A stretch of DNA of 64,000 nt from Nitrosopumilus sp. (GTDB lineage Archaea > Thermoproteota > Nitrososphaeria > Nitrososphaerales > Nitrosopumilaceae): assembly GCA_036525555.1 (NCBI GenBank), contig DATDAD010000030.1, forward strand, positions 12,212 to 76,211, in the 5' to 3' direction. The translations under genes and the position numbers were made by a program. This document shows positions 20,668-29,801 of the stretch, piece by piece; positions within the stretch are counted from its first letter, which is position 1, and each line of letters opens with the position of its first letter. The notes below the pieces were generated by a model that saw only the letters and a list, made by a program, of their open reading frames with translations, did no database searches and was not told the DNA's origin.

Positions 20668-21162
20668 TTGTCTGATGTTAAAGAACCTGAATTAATTGAA
20701 GCTCCACAACCAGAAGAAGATATCGATGCAGATGTGGAAGAAAATGCAGGACTCAACAAAGCATTAGATACCTATCGAAAATTAATCGACAGAAAAGATC
20801 TTGTAGAGCCATTAACTGAAAAAGAACAGGGCGCATTAGAAAAAAGAATTAAAGAAATTGAAGAAAGAGAAATCGTTGAAAACGTAGAGGAACATGAGCC
20901 AACAGAAATTCCTTGTGAAAAAAATAAGATTACTATAGGACCACCAAGGTTAACAAAATTTGAAAAAGCAAGAATTATGGGAGCCAGAGCATTACAATTA
21001 TCATTGGGAGCACCACCATTTATTCCAATTCCAAAGACAGCACGAATTTCATTAGACATTGCAATGGAAGAGCTAGAGCAGAGAGTAATTCCAATCACAA
21101 TTAGAAGAGTATTACCAAATGGTGATTACCAAAATATCCCAATTGATTACTTTGAAAAATGA
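20668..21162 (+). CDS. rpo6: RNA polymerase subunit Rpo6 (K) with acidic N-terminal extension; TTG at 20668 preferred
   Basis: LTKFEKARIMGARALQLSLGAP...IAMEEL...IPITIRR. Confidence 0.93.
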   Translation: MSDVKEPELIEAPQPEEDIDADVEENAGLNKALDTYRKLIDRKDLVEPLTEKEQGALEKRIKEIEEREIVENVEEHEPTEIPCEKNKITIGPPRLTKFEKARIMGARALQLSLGAPPFIPIPKTARISLDIAMEELEQRVIPITIRRVLPNGDYQNIPIDYFEK

Positions 21163-21213
21163 ATCAATGGTCGATAAAACTTAAAAGAACATAAAATTTC
21201 TAATTAGTGAATA

Positions 21214-21525
21214 ATGCTCATGGAAGAGACAACTGAACTGCATGGTCAAGAGCAGACCGAAAAGTCTGAGACTACAATACAAATTGGAAACTATCCTGTA
21301 ATGGAGGCAGCTCTTGACGTATTAACAATCTTAGGTAAAAAAACCAGAGTGATTCTTAAAGCAAAAGGAAACTCGATTCCGAATGCTGTTGCAGTTGCAA
21401 ATATCATAACAGAGAAAATGCTCAATGGGAATTCCAAAGTCGAGAAAATCAAACTAGATACAGTTGCAGCTGCAGGTATTGGTGATATGACCTCAACTGT
21501 AGAAATTATTATAGTAAAAAATTAG
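21214..21525 (+). CDS. Alba-family DNA/RNA-binding protein
   Basis: IQIGNYPVM...VILKAKGNSIPNAVAVA...STVEIII. Confidence 0.8.
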   Translation: MLMEETTELHGQEQTEKSETTIQIGNYPVMEAALDVLTILGKKTRVILKAKGNSIPNAVAVANIITEKMLNGNSKVEKIKLDTVAAAGIGDMTSTVEIIIVKN

Positions 21526-21938
21526 TAAACGCTTCCAGGACCTTTAAGAAGCATATTTTCACATTCTTTACAAACTTGCTCATCAATATTGGATTCTAGA
21601 TTATGATGAATTTCACAAATTAGCAGACTAGATTTGATGTAATTGCAGAGACCAATAAATTTAGAAAGACTGGACGGAGTGTATGCCATATCAGATGAGA
21701 GACTATCACTTAATTCATCAATCATTATTGCAACTTGTTTTTCAGCTAAAAGCTTTGCAATCAATGATGGGTCTCCGCGTGTTCCACGAATGTAATTACT
21801 AATTGCAGCTTGCGTAACTCCAAGCATTTTAGAAATTTCATCTTCTCTAATATTGTGATCTTCTGCGAGTTTTTTGGCAAGAATTGCTCGTAATGCAGGT
21901 ATGAGAGTTTTAGATTCAATTTCAGCAGGAAGTAGCAT
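21522..21938 (-). CDS. XRE-type HTH transcriptional regulator (COG2522-like)
   Basis: LIPALRAILAKKL...ISKMLGVTQAAISNY; ICEIH...C..C. Confidence 0.85.
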   Translation of the reverse strand: MLLPAEIESKTLIPALRAILAKKLAEDHNIREDEISKMLGVTQAAISNYIRGTRGDPSLIAKLLAEKQVAIMIDELSDSLSSDMAYTPSSLSKFIGLCNYIKSSLLICEIHHNLESNIDEQVCKECENMLLKGPGSVY

Positions 21939-22046
21939 TAATCCTCAAGAATGGGATAGCGAATTTAAAGTTTACAACAAGATCCTCATGGATTTACCCT
22001 CTATCTCATCAGGCATATCTATTTTAATTTCAAAAATATCTAATGC

Positions 22047-22994
22047 ATGTTGGAAAAATTTTCTGAGGAAATTTACAGTGTACTTGAAGAAGCCTGTGAT
22101 GAAACCAAATCAAATTTAATTTCACTGTCAGGAGGATTAGATAGTTCAATCATAGCCTATTTTCTAAAACAAAGAAAGCCTAAAGCAATTGCAGTAATTG
22201 CGGAAGATTTTGTTTCAACAGATTTGACCTATTGTCAAATGATTTCAAAAGAGATGGAATTACCATTAACAATTTACAATGTAAAAACAACTGTAATTTT
22301 AGAAGCAATAGAAGAAACAATCAAAATTTTAAAAAATTTCAACGATATTGAAATTCGCAATAACGTAGTCATGTATTTGGCAATAAAATGGGCAAAAGAA
22401 AATGGAGAAAACTCAATTGTTACAGGAGATGGGGCGGATGAATTGTTTGCAGGATACAGCTTCTTAAAAAATAAATCAGATGAAGAGTTGGAAAGAGAAA
22501 TCAAAAGAATTTGTTCTGTAATGCATTTTCCCACACAAAAAATTGGAGATGCATTGGGAGTTACAGTAGAATCGCCTTTTCTTAATGAAAAAATGATTAA
22601 TCTGGCTGAGAAAATACCAGTCAATCTCAAAGTTAGGAATGAAAATGGAAATAGATATGGAAAATGGATTTTGCGTAAGACATTTGAAAAACACATTCCA
22701 CAAAAAATTGCATGGCGAGAAAAATCACCAATGCAGGATGGCTCAGGAACTGTGGGATTAACAAATTTATTTGATTCAGTAATAGGGGAAGAGCAATTCG
22801 TTGAAAAAAAATTAACAGTCGAAAAAACAGACGGAGTTGTAATCAGAAGCAGAGAATCAATGCATTATTATGAAATTTTCAAAAAATTATTTGGCAGTCC
22901 AGCAGAACCAAAATCAGATGAAGTTTGTCCATATTGTAAGCATCATGTGGGAAAATCAAAATTTTGTAGAATGTGTGGAGCTTTCCCCATCTAG
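22047..22994 (+). CDS. Asparagine synthase C-terminal (PP-loop) domain protein with Zn ribbon; no glutaminase domain
   Basis: LSGGLDSS, TGDGADELFAGY, PFL, GKWILRK, REKSPMQDGSG; CPYC...CRMC. Confidence 0.85.
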   Translation: MLEKFSEEIYSVLEEACDETKSNLISLSGGLDSSIIAYFLKQRKPKAIAVIAEDFVSTDLTYCQMISKEMELPLTIYNVKTTVILEAIEETIKILKNFNDIEIRNNVVMYLAIKWAKENGENSIVTGDGADELFAGYSFLKNKSDEELEREIKRICSVMHFPTQKIGDALGVTVESPFLNEKMINLAEKIPVNLKVRNENGNRYGKWILRKTFEKHIPQKIAWREKSPMQDGSGTVGLTNLFDSVIGEEQFVEKKLTVEKTDGVVIRSRESMHYYEIFKKLFGSPAEPKSDEVCPYCKHHVGKSKFCRMCGAFPI

Positions 22995-23134
22995 TTATTT
23001 TTGTACTTTCGTGGTTTTTTAATGAAAATTCTTCTGCATCCATTACAGCAAAAATAGAATTTCTTTCCATTATGATCATGAAGTAATGCTAGTTCTTCAT
23101 CAAGTTCAATTCCACATACAGGATCTACTGGCAC
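22991..23134 (-). CDS. 47-aa YHS/TRASH metal-binding microprotein (not in ORF track)
   Basis: GTG start; MPVDPVCGIELDEELALLHDHNGKKFYFCCNGCRRIFIKKPRKYKNN. Confidence 0.85.
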   Translation of the reverse strand: MPVDPVCGIELDEELALLHDHNGKKFYFCCNGCRRIFIKKPRKYKNN

Positions 23135-23239
23135 AAACTTTCCACTTTCAAATTCTATTTATAGATTCATCTAATGCGAATCTCATACTAAAAAATTAGA
23201 GGATATTTTGATTTTAATTGAATATTTTAGTCACAGGAG

Positions 23240-23287
23240 ATGATGATTAAAATCATCTGTGAATTTATGGAGATATTGTAGGACTGA
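23240..23287 (+). ncRNA. Candidate box C/D sRNA
   Basis: ATGATGA (C, 23240-23246), 10 nt, CTGT (D'), ATGGAGA (C'), 10 nt, CTGA (D, 23284-23287). Confidence 0.3.
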
Positions 23288-23303
23288 GATGTACTGCAAA
23301 TTT

Positions 23304-23516
23304 TTACACTGTCAATTGCGGCAGAGGGGACTTTATCTTGTGTATAACATCAGATGTGATTTTCAAAATATGTTCAACATCACAAGGAAGCAAAACATCT
23401 CTTCCCTGATTAAATGAATTTTCCACTATCGCACCAATTTCTTGGGTCAATTCAGACATTGCTAAATAATCAGCGTCAAGTTTTTTATCAAATTGCATGT
23501 GGTCTATTTGAGACAT
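23304..23516 (-). CDS. Hypothetical protein
   Basis: 70-aa ORF; palindromic site upstream. Confidence 0.6.
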   Translation of the reverse strand: MSQIDHMQFDKKLDADYLAMSELTQEIGAIVENSFNQGRDVLLPCDVEHILKITSDVIHKIKSPLPQLTV

Positions 23517-23541
23517 AATTATTAATTAAGAAGATCACAAT

Positions 23542-23557
23542 GTCCCAAAATTGGAAA
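23542..23557. promoter_or_regulatory. Palindromic operator candidate, site 1
   Basis: GTCCCA AAAT TGGAAA. Confidence 0.5.
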
Positions 23558-23567
23558 CTAAATACAT

Positions 23568-23933
23568 CTATGATTGAATTATTTTGAGAATTTTTTTTGG
23601 CAATGTGCCATAATCAGTGTCAGGTTCTGATACGACATATAAAATATCATCATTAATTACCACACTTATTGCAAGTGCACGTTCACGAGAGGCCATTGCA
23701 AAATTTACAGGTCCAAGTTGTTTATCAAATTCTTTTCTCATTTTAACACGGAGTGCAAGTTCCATGAAAATCATTTCATCATCTTTTTCACTTTCTAGAG
23801 GCTCAACATTTTCTTTCATACCACCTGCAACTAAACGCCCACGTTCGTTGATTACTCCTACAAATCTAATTTTAGGATCAATTGTAAATACCGAATTACA
23901 AATTTTTGAATAATCATAAATTTTAGCAGACAA
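23568..23933 (-). CDS. Roadblock/profilin-like thaumarchaeal protein (DUF6659-like)
   Basis: IDPKIRFVGVINERGRLVAGG...MELALRVKMRKEFDKQLGPVNF. Confidence 0.75.
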   Translation of the reverse strand: MSAKIYDYSKICNSVFTIDPKIRFVGVINERGRLVAGGMKENVEPLESEKDDEMIFMELALRVKMRKEFDKQLGPVNFAMASRERALAISVVINDDILYVVSEPDTDYGTLPKKILKIIQS

Positions 23934-23995
23934 ATTACTAAGTGAACGTAAAATTCACTCATTTATTATCTTTATACAAGTTTTTGAGGCTACAA

Positions 23996-25096
23996 TTATG
24001 AAGTGAGTTTCTTTACTAGTGCAAGAAAATCATCTTCAGATAATGGATGAATTTTCATGATTTCAAGATTTTCAGATACATGTTCAGTAGATTTCTGACC
24101 AACTAAAGGAGCCAAAACACCAGGAGTAGAACGAATGAATTGTAAAGCACGTAATGATGGTTTCAAATCATGGAATTCAGGCATTACACCAGGCTGTAGT
24201 AACCGTCCTTGCATGAAAGGAACACTGGTAAACACCCCAATTCCCAATCTAACTGCAGATTCTAAAATGGATACATGTTCAGTTCCAATTAATTGATTTT
24301 TTGCAAGTAAAGCCTGATCATAATTCATGTTGTATGGTAATTGAATAAATCTGAAACCATGATTTTCTCCACCCACTTCTTTTGCCATATTGACTGTCTC
24401 TTCAAGAGATAGATACTGAGGATTATCAGGTTCGACTCTAAAACATTCCCATGTTGCCATTCCATAAAATTTGATTTTTCCTTCTTTTCGTTTTTGTTCA
24501 TATAATTTGAAAACAGATTTTAAATTTTCTAAAAATTTTTCTTTTGACACATCTTTTATTTGGCCTTCAACAGCGTTATGGAGATACATTAAATCAATGC
24601 ATTCTAGATTAAGATTTTTCAAGCTCCTATCTAACTGATCTGAAAGGTAAGGAATAGTCATACAATGATACCCAGAAGTGACATCGCCCTCTTGGATTAC
24701 ACCATTCTTGGAATATTCTTCTTTTACATATTCCCAAAAATCTAATTTGACATCAGCATCATTTGTAAGATACCCATTTTTTGAACTAATGAAAATTTGG
24801 TTTCGTGTAATTTTACCGTCTTCAATTAACTCTGAAATTGCCTTTCCTACTGAACGCTCTGCTTTTTGGGAACGATAATTGATTGCAGTGTCTATAACAT
24901 TTACCCCAGATAAAATAGATTGTTTTACTGCATTTGTAACTAATTCATCAGTTTTTGCATCTGCATCTCCCAGATATGTTCCAATACCAACATTTGAAAG
25001 GTAAAGACTTTCAAAATTCTTAAAATTGTCTTGATTTGCACCTGAATCTACAATAAATTTTTGTGTCCCATCAGAGCTTGCACAGCCTAAAATCAT
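23996..25096 (-). CDS. Aldo/keto reductase
   Basis: GIGTY, IDTAINY, SSKNG, IDLMYLHN, QLPYN. Confidence 0.92.
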   Translation of the reverse strand: MILGCASSDGTQKFIVDSGANQDNFKNFESLYLSNVGIGTYLGDADAKTDELVTNAVKQSILSGVNVIDTAINYRSQKAERSVGKAISELIEDGKITRNQIFISSKNGYLTNDADVKLDFWEYVKEEYSKNGVIQEGDVTSGYHCMTIPYLSDQLDRSLKNLNLECIDLMYLHNAVEGQIKDVSKEKFLENLKSVFKLYEQKRKEGKIKFYGMATWECFRVEPDNPQYLSLEETVNMAKEVGGENHGFRFIQLPYNMNYDQALLAKNQLIGTEHVSILESAVRLGIGVFTSVPFMQGRLLQPGVMPEFHDLKPSLRALQFIRSTPGVLAPLVGQKSTEHVSENLEIMKIHPLSEDDFLALVKKLTS

Positions 25097-25134
25097 ATTA
25101 TTTGTAATTAGTTACTAAATTTATGTTTAAAGCA

Positions 25135-26019
25135 TCATATAGGAATTAAAAATCCAATGACAAATAGTGCTCCAGTGAGTCTACTAAACATCAGAGTCGA
25201 TGACATGTATGGAACAAGATTATCAATTGAATCATAATTTTTCTGTAAACCAAAACCAGATTTTATCATCAATGGAATTCCAAATAGACTAATCAGAGAG
25301 AGCGCAGGAAACAGATTTGTGGCAACACCAATAATTATCACAGAATAAGATATCAGAGGGAAAATCCAAAATAATTTTGCACCCTTTTGTTTACCAGCAG
25401 CAATTACCAAAGTCTTTCGACCTTTGGATTTATCAGCATCATGATCAGGGAAAGATGCGATAAAAAGAACTAACGAGGATAAAGAGCCTACAACAATTCC
25501 TGCAAGAATTGATTCAATCGAAATTTGTCCAGACTGAATGAAAAAAGTTCCAATGACAATCATCGAACCCTTTACTGCAACAAAGAATTCACCTAAACCA
25601 GAATCGACAATTTTTGTAGAATAAAAATAGATAGATAGAATTGCAAATGCCAAAATAATTGCTATAGTTATTCCATCGGTGATTACAAAAAACCCTCCAA
25701 TAACAGTACCCAAAATTAGAAATGCAATTCCTGCACGATAAACAGAAGAAGGTTTGAGTAATCCTTCAGGTAATACACCAGTTCCACCACTCATTTTTGT
25801 TCTTTTTGTTTTAGTATCAATACCTCTTTTGAAATCCCAAAAATCATTTAGTAAATCAACACTTGCATGGAGGGCCATGACACCTGCAAAAGTCAAAACT
25901 GCATCAAATACATCGAAGGAAGAATTTTGCCACCAATTTAGCGATAGTCCAACTGAAACAGCAATTACAGATGCAAGTAGAAATCTTACACGTATTACAC
26001 GAAACCATACTGATAGCAT
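25135..26019 (-). CDS. UbiA-family prenyltransferase (MenA-like)
   Basis: DLLNDFWDFKRGID, FPDHDADKSKGRKTL; multiple TM segments. Confidence 0.9.
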   Translation of the reverse strand: MLSVWFRVIRVRFLLASVIAVSVGLSLNWWQNSSFDVFDAVLTFAGVMALHASVDLLNDFWDFKRGIDTKTKRTKMSGGTGVLPEGLLKPSSVYRAGIAFLILGTVIGGFFVITDGITIAIILAFAILSIYFYSTKIVDSGLGEFFVAVKGSMIVIGTFFIQSGQISIESILAGIVVGSLSSLVLFIASFPDHDADKSKGRKTLVIAAGKQKGAKLFWIFPLISYSVIIIGVATNLFPALSLISLFGIPLMIKSGFGLQKNYDSIDNLVPYMSSTLMFSRLTGALFVIGFLIPI

Positions 26020-26102
26020 AGTGATTCTAGTGATTTTTCAGTATAATATTCATGAGTTTAAGAGCAGAATTTGTATATATCAAAATGAAATAAAAAATTG
26101 AT

Positions 26103-26309
26103 TTGATAATAGGGAAGATTTCAGAAAACGATAAAAAAATAGAGATACAGGTAGATATTCACTGTACAAATTGTCGCAAAAAGGTTCCAGGAGGACTAAA
26201 AACAGGCGAGAAATTTTCAAGAACAAATCAATTCAAAGTAGAATTAGAAGAATTTAGGAAAAAATATCTTTGTGGAATTTGTAGAGATAAAAAAAGAGTC
26301 AAAAAATAA
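26103..26309 (+). CDS. Small Zn-binding protein
   Basis: CTNC...CGIC. Confidence 0.65.
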   Translation: MIIGKISENDKKIEIQVDIHCTNCRKKVPGGLKTGEKFSRTNQFKVELEEFRKKYLCGICRDKKRVKK

Positions 26310-26312
26310 GAA

Positions 26313-29036
26313 TTATAGTTCTTCTTCCTCTTCCCATTCCTCTTCCAAATCTGTTTTAGATTTTCTCAAGAACATAAAGACCACAATACCTACTAGTAAA
26401 ATTCCCCCTATTACGATATAGACAATCCATTCAGGCAATTCCAAATCTATTGAGTCAAATATTTTATCCGGAGCATCTACGTTGACAGTAAAAGAATCCT
26501 TGCCTTCCGCATACCCTTCGGCAGTTGCAATAATTTCAAATGAAATATCAGGTCCCTTTAATGCAGTTAAGCTCACAATGGCACTACCATCAGAATTGGT
26601 TCTTACAACATCAGGTGTGATTAATGCTTCTTCTTCATTAACAATTATTTTGATTGATGCACCAGATACAGAATCTGCATTTTCATCATCAACGAATAAT
26701 TTAAATTCAATTTGTTCATCTACAGGAATTTCATTATCTAAACCACCAGTGAAAATTTTGAGTTGAGTTTGAGATGAAGCAGAATTAAAGGATAATGATG
26801 TTCCATTAACTCCCTTTGCACTTGCAGAAATTATTGCGTCTCCAACAAAACCAGTTGTCTTGATTGAAAATGGAGCATATGATGAACCTGCTGGTATAAC
26901 TGCATCGTCAATGATTTGTGCAATTGTATCTTTTGAGGATACAATTTTAGATTTAACATCAAATTTAGGAATAACTGGATTTCCTTGCAAATCCACTAAT
27001 TGAATTATACCGATATTTTGCTGATGATCAGCATTCATTTTGTCTACAGGCAAAAAGACTTGAAGTTGTGAAGTCGGATGAGTTGTGAATATTTTGTTAC
27101 TCTCCAAACTCAAATTAGCATTTTCTCCGATAGGTTCCACAGTAAGCAAAAGTACGGTCTCATCAGTAGGAGTGTCAAAAGAATCACTTCTTAATTGAGT
27201 AAAAGTAAATGTTGTTCCTTTTTCAATTTCAACTAACCCATTAGTAGGCGTAATCAAATATTTCCCGGACTCCTTCATTACTTTTGGACGTTCTTTTGCA
27301 TCAAGTGAAATTAGAAATATATCAAAAAAGCCATCACGATCAAAAATGATATTATCCTTTCCGGTTGGAGAAAATAATAGTACTTCTTTTTGTTCTAATG
27401 TGTTAACAACCTCACTAGTAAATGAACCAGTACCTACACCGTTAACAGATGCAGAAATTTTCACGGGGCCGATTTGTTGACCGGTGGAGACAGTAGCTGT
27501 ACCATAAGAGTAAGAACTGACAATTTTTCCGCCATTATCAATTCTTGCTATTTTCTCATTACTGGAAATCACATTAATTTTTTGGACAAACCCATCAGAA
27601 TATTGATTATCATTTGATTGTACAGGATATAATTCACCTTCGTCTAGACAATCAATACTGTACAAAATAATATCATCAGGATCTAATTCAGTATTATGAG
27701 TTATTTCGTCAGAATCAGTCCCACTAGAATCGTCATCGGATTGCTCAAGGCAGTTAGGATGAATTTTGATTTCAGTTCCATCTGGTCGAAATCCATCATC
27801 ATCTTCATCATCTTCAATTAAAGATAACTGATATGTAAAAAATGCTGTTGCATTACTAGGGATTTTATCTAAACCGAAAACTTTCACAGTTGCATCATAA
27901 TCTTTTTCATCAAAATTATAATCTGTTGAGCGCTGATTTTGATCTAACTCTATAGATTTACCCACAGTGCGAAAAGTATCAGTTGCAGTGCCATACCCTA
28001 CGGAGCTAACTCCAATCAAGATATCATTTTTTAATAAATTTTGCAGGCTATATTTTTGTTGAAGTAAAAATCCAAATTGATTTTTTTTAATCATAGGCTT
28101 TTCTGATTGTGAAATTTTATCTAGATTTTCACCAATTGGGTATTGCTCATTTGAGAAAAAATCAAGAGGGATATCATGAGGCGTTTTTGTAGGATTACCG
28201 TCAGAATCAACTACACTGACAAAAATATCTAAAGTTCTATCAAATTCAGCAGGAATCAATTTTGGAAAGATAGATAATTTTAACGAAGTTGGGAGTGTAG
28301 ATGAAATCTGAATACTTTTGGCCACATCAAGGCCTGAATCCGTATGAATTGCACGAATGAAGGTATTTCCAACTTTCTCATGTGCATATATCGTACCCCA
28401 TGTGTAATAATCTCCTTTTTTTATGGTCAATATTTGAGAATCAGTTGTAGCAAGCTGTTCATCATACTCCAATACAATGTCAATATCATTGGGTGCACGA
28501 ACTATAACACCGTCATCGGTTTTAAGAAATATTGTAAATGGCATTTCAGAATTCACATGCATTTTGTTTGTTGGGAGATTTAATTCCAAAATTAAGTCAT
28601 CTGGAAGATATGTTTCATCTGTGCCAATCTCAATTTTTTGAAATGTGGTTTTTCCATCAAGATTTGCAGTAATTGTTGTTGAACCTGATTTATCACTGGT
28701 TGCTATAGGAAATGTTGCATATTCCTCATTTGCTTTTAGAATGATTTTATTTGGAACAGAAGCAATTGTTGAATCATCAGAACTTAAACTAATAGGAACA
28801 TCATATGTGGATGTAATTGGAACCCCGTGTTTGCTTAAAACAAAAACATATCCTACATCATGTTGTGCAATTCCACTTTCTAAATGAGATGGAGAAATAG
28901 ATAATTTAATAGAATAATCAGATAGAGCATCTAGATTTTGAGCATCGACAGAATGTAAATTAGGTCCAAAAAGAATAGTTATGGCAAGTAAGAAGAGGAT
29001 TGGTTTTTTTGTGTTCATTTTTTCTCCATTTTTCAT
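26313..29036 (-). CDS. Large secreted, membrane-anchored surface protein with repeated Ig-like modules
   Basis: N-terminal signal peptide, beta-rich repeats, C-terminal TM and acidic tail. Confidence 0.85.
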   Translation of the reverse strand: MKNGEKMNTKKPILFLLAITILFGPNLHSVDAQNLDALSDYSIKLSISPSHLESGIAQHDVGYVFVLSKHGVPITSTYDVPISLSSDDSTIASVPNKIILKANEEYATFPIATSDKSGSTTITANLDGKTTFQKIEIGTDETYLPDDLILELNLPTNKMHVNSEMPFTIFLKTDDGVIVRAPNDIDIVLEYDEQLATTDSQILTIKKGDYYTWGTIYAHEKVGNTFIRAIHTDSGLDVAKSIQISSTLPTSLKLSIFPKLIPAEFDRTLDIFVSVVDSDGNPTKTPHDIPLDFFSNEQYPIGENLDKISQSEKPMIKKNQFGFLLQQKYSLQNLLKNDILIGVSSVGYGTATDTFRTVGKSIELDQNQRSTDYNFDEKDYDATVKVFGLDKIPSNATAFFTYQLSLIEDDEDDDGFRPDGTEIKIHPNCLEQSDDDSSGTDSDEITHNTELDPDDIILYSIDCLDEGELYPVQSNDNQYSDGFVQKINVISSNEKIARIDNGGKIVSSYSYGTATVSTGQQIGPVKISASVNGVGTGSFTSEVVNTLEQKEVLLFSPTGKDNIIFDRDGFFDIFLISLDAKERPKVMKESGKYLITPTNGLVEIEKGTTFTFTQLRSDSFDTPTDETVLLLTVEPIGENANLSLESNKIFTTHPTSQLQVFLPVDKMNADHQQNIGIIQLVDLQGNPVIPKFDVKSKIVSSKDTIAQIIDDAVIPAGSSYAPFSIKTTGFVGDAIISASAKGVNGTSLSFNSASSQTQLKIFTGGLDNEIPVDEQIEFKLFVDDENADSVSGASIKIIVNEEEALITPDVVRTNSDGSAIVSLTALKGPDISFEIIATAEGYAEGKDSFTVNVDAPDKIFDSIDLELPEWIVYIVIGGILLVGIVVFMFLRKSKTDLEEEWEEEEEL

Positions 29037-29078
29037 TTTTTACTCCGTTTTTTTTCATAAAAAGGAAAAAGGGTGGAG

Positions 29079-29666
29079 TTATCCACTTTGTTGACCAGCT
29101 ATAACAGTTCCAACGAAGACAGCACCGTTTGCGGTTGTTAGCTTGAACTGTGTGTCTCTACCAGACTTGATGTTTTCATCAAGTGTTGCTAGAATTGTTA
29201 CTTGTTGACCAGGTTGAATTTCTGCAGTTGTAGAAGTCAAGATAGTGCCAGGTCCTCTTGTAAGAACTTGGAAATCACCAGGAGCTGGAGATGAACTAGT
29301 GTAATTGTACACAGTACCACCTATTCTTACCTCACTTAGGGTGAGTTTACCTACACTGTTACTTTGTAGATATACTGCTATATCTTCACCAACAACTAGA
29401 CCATTTCCAGCAGTATTTCCTGCTGCAAATATAGTACCATCATGGTTTTCAAGAGTAATGCCATCTGAGGCATCATAACCAGTGAATTTTACAGATTCAA
29501 TGTTTGGTGAACCACTGATTTGAGCAGAACTAAAGAATCCTTGTGAGAACACAAAGACAATACTTCCACCAACGACTGCGATTGCTACCAGAAGAAGTGT
29601 TGCTATGACGGGAGCAACTGCTCTTCTTGAAGTCAACTTGTTTTGTTTTGACTGTAGTTTTGTCAT
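29079..29666 (-). CDS. Archaeal type IV pilin (likely major pilin)
   Basis: Class III signal peptide RRA|VAPVIATLLLVAIAVVGG. Confidence 0.9.
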   Translation of the reverse strand: MTKLQSKQNKLTSRRAVAPVIATLLLVAIAVVGGSIVFVFSQGFFSSAQISGSPNIESVKFTGYDASDGITLENHDGTIFAAGNTAGNGLVVGEDIAVYLQSNSVGKLTLSEVRIGGTVYNYTSSSPAPGDFQVLTRGPGTILTSTTAEIQPGQQVTILATLDENIKSGRDTQFKLTTANGAVFVGTVIAGQQSG

Positions 29667-29801
29667 TTCTGAATTTCTTAGAATGAGAAAAGATGTTAAA
29701 GGAATTTGTGTTCAAATTGGACTACAATTAACTAGTTTGTACATATGTTTTATGAAATGAACAAAAAATGAAAAACGAGCCTGTATGATTAAGAAAAAAT
29801 A

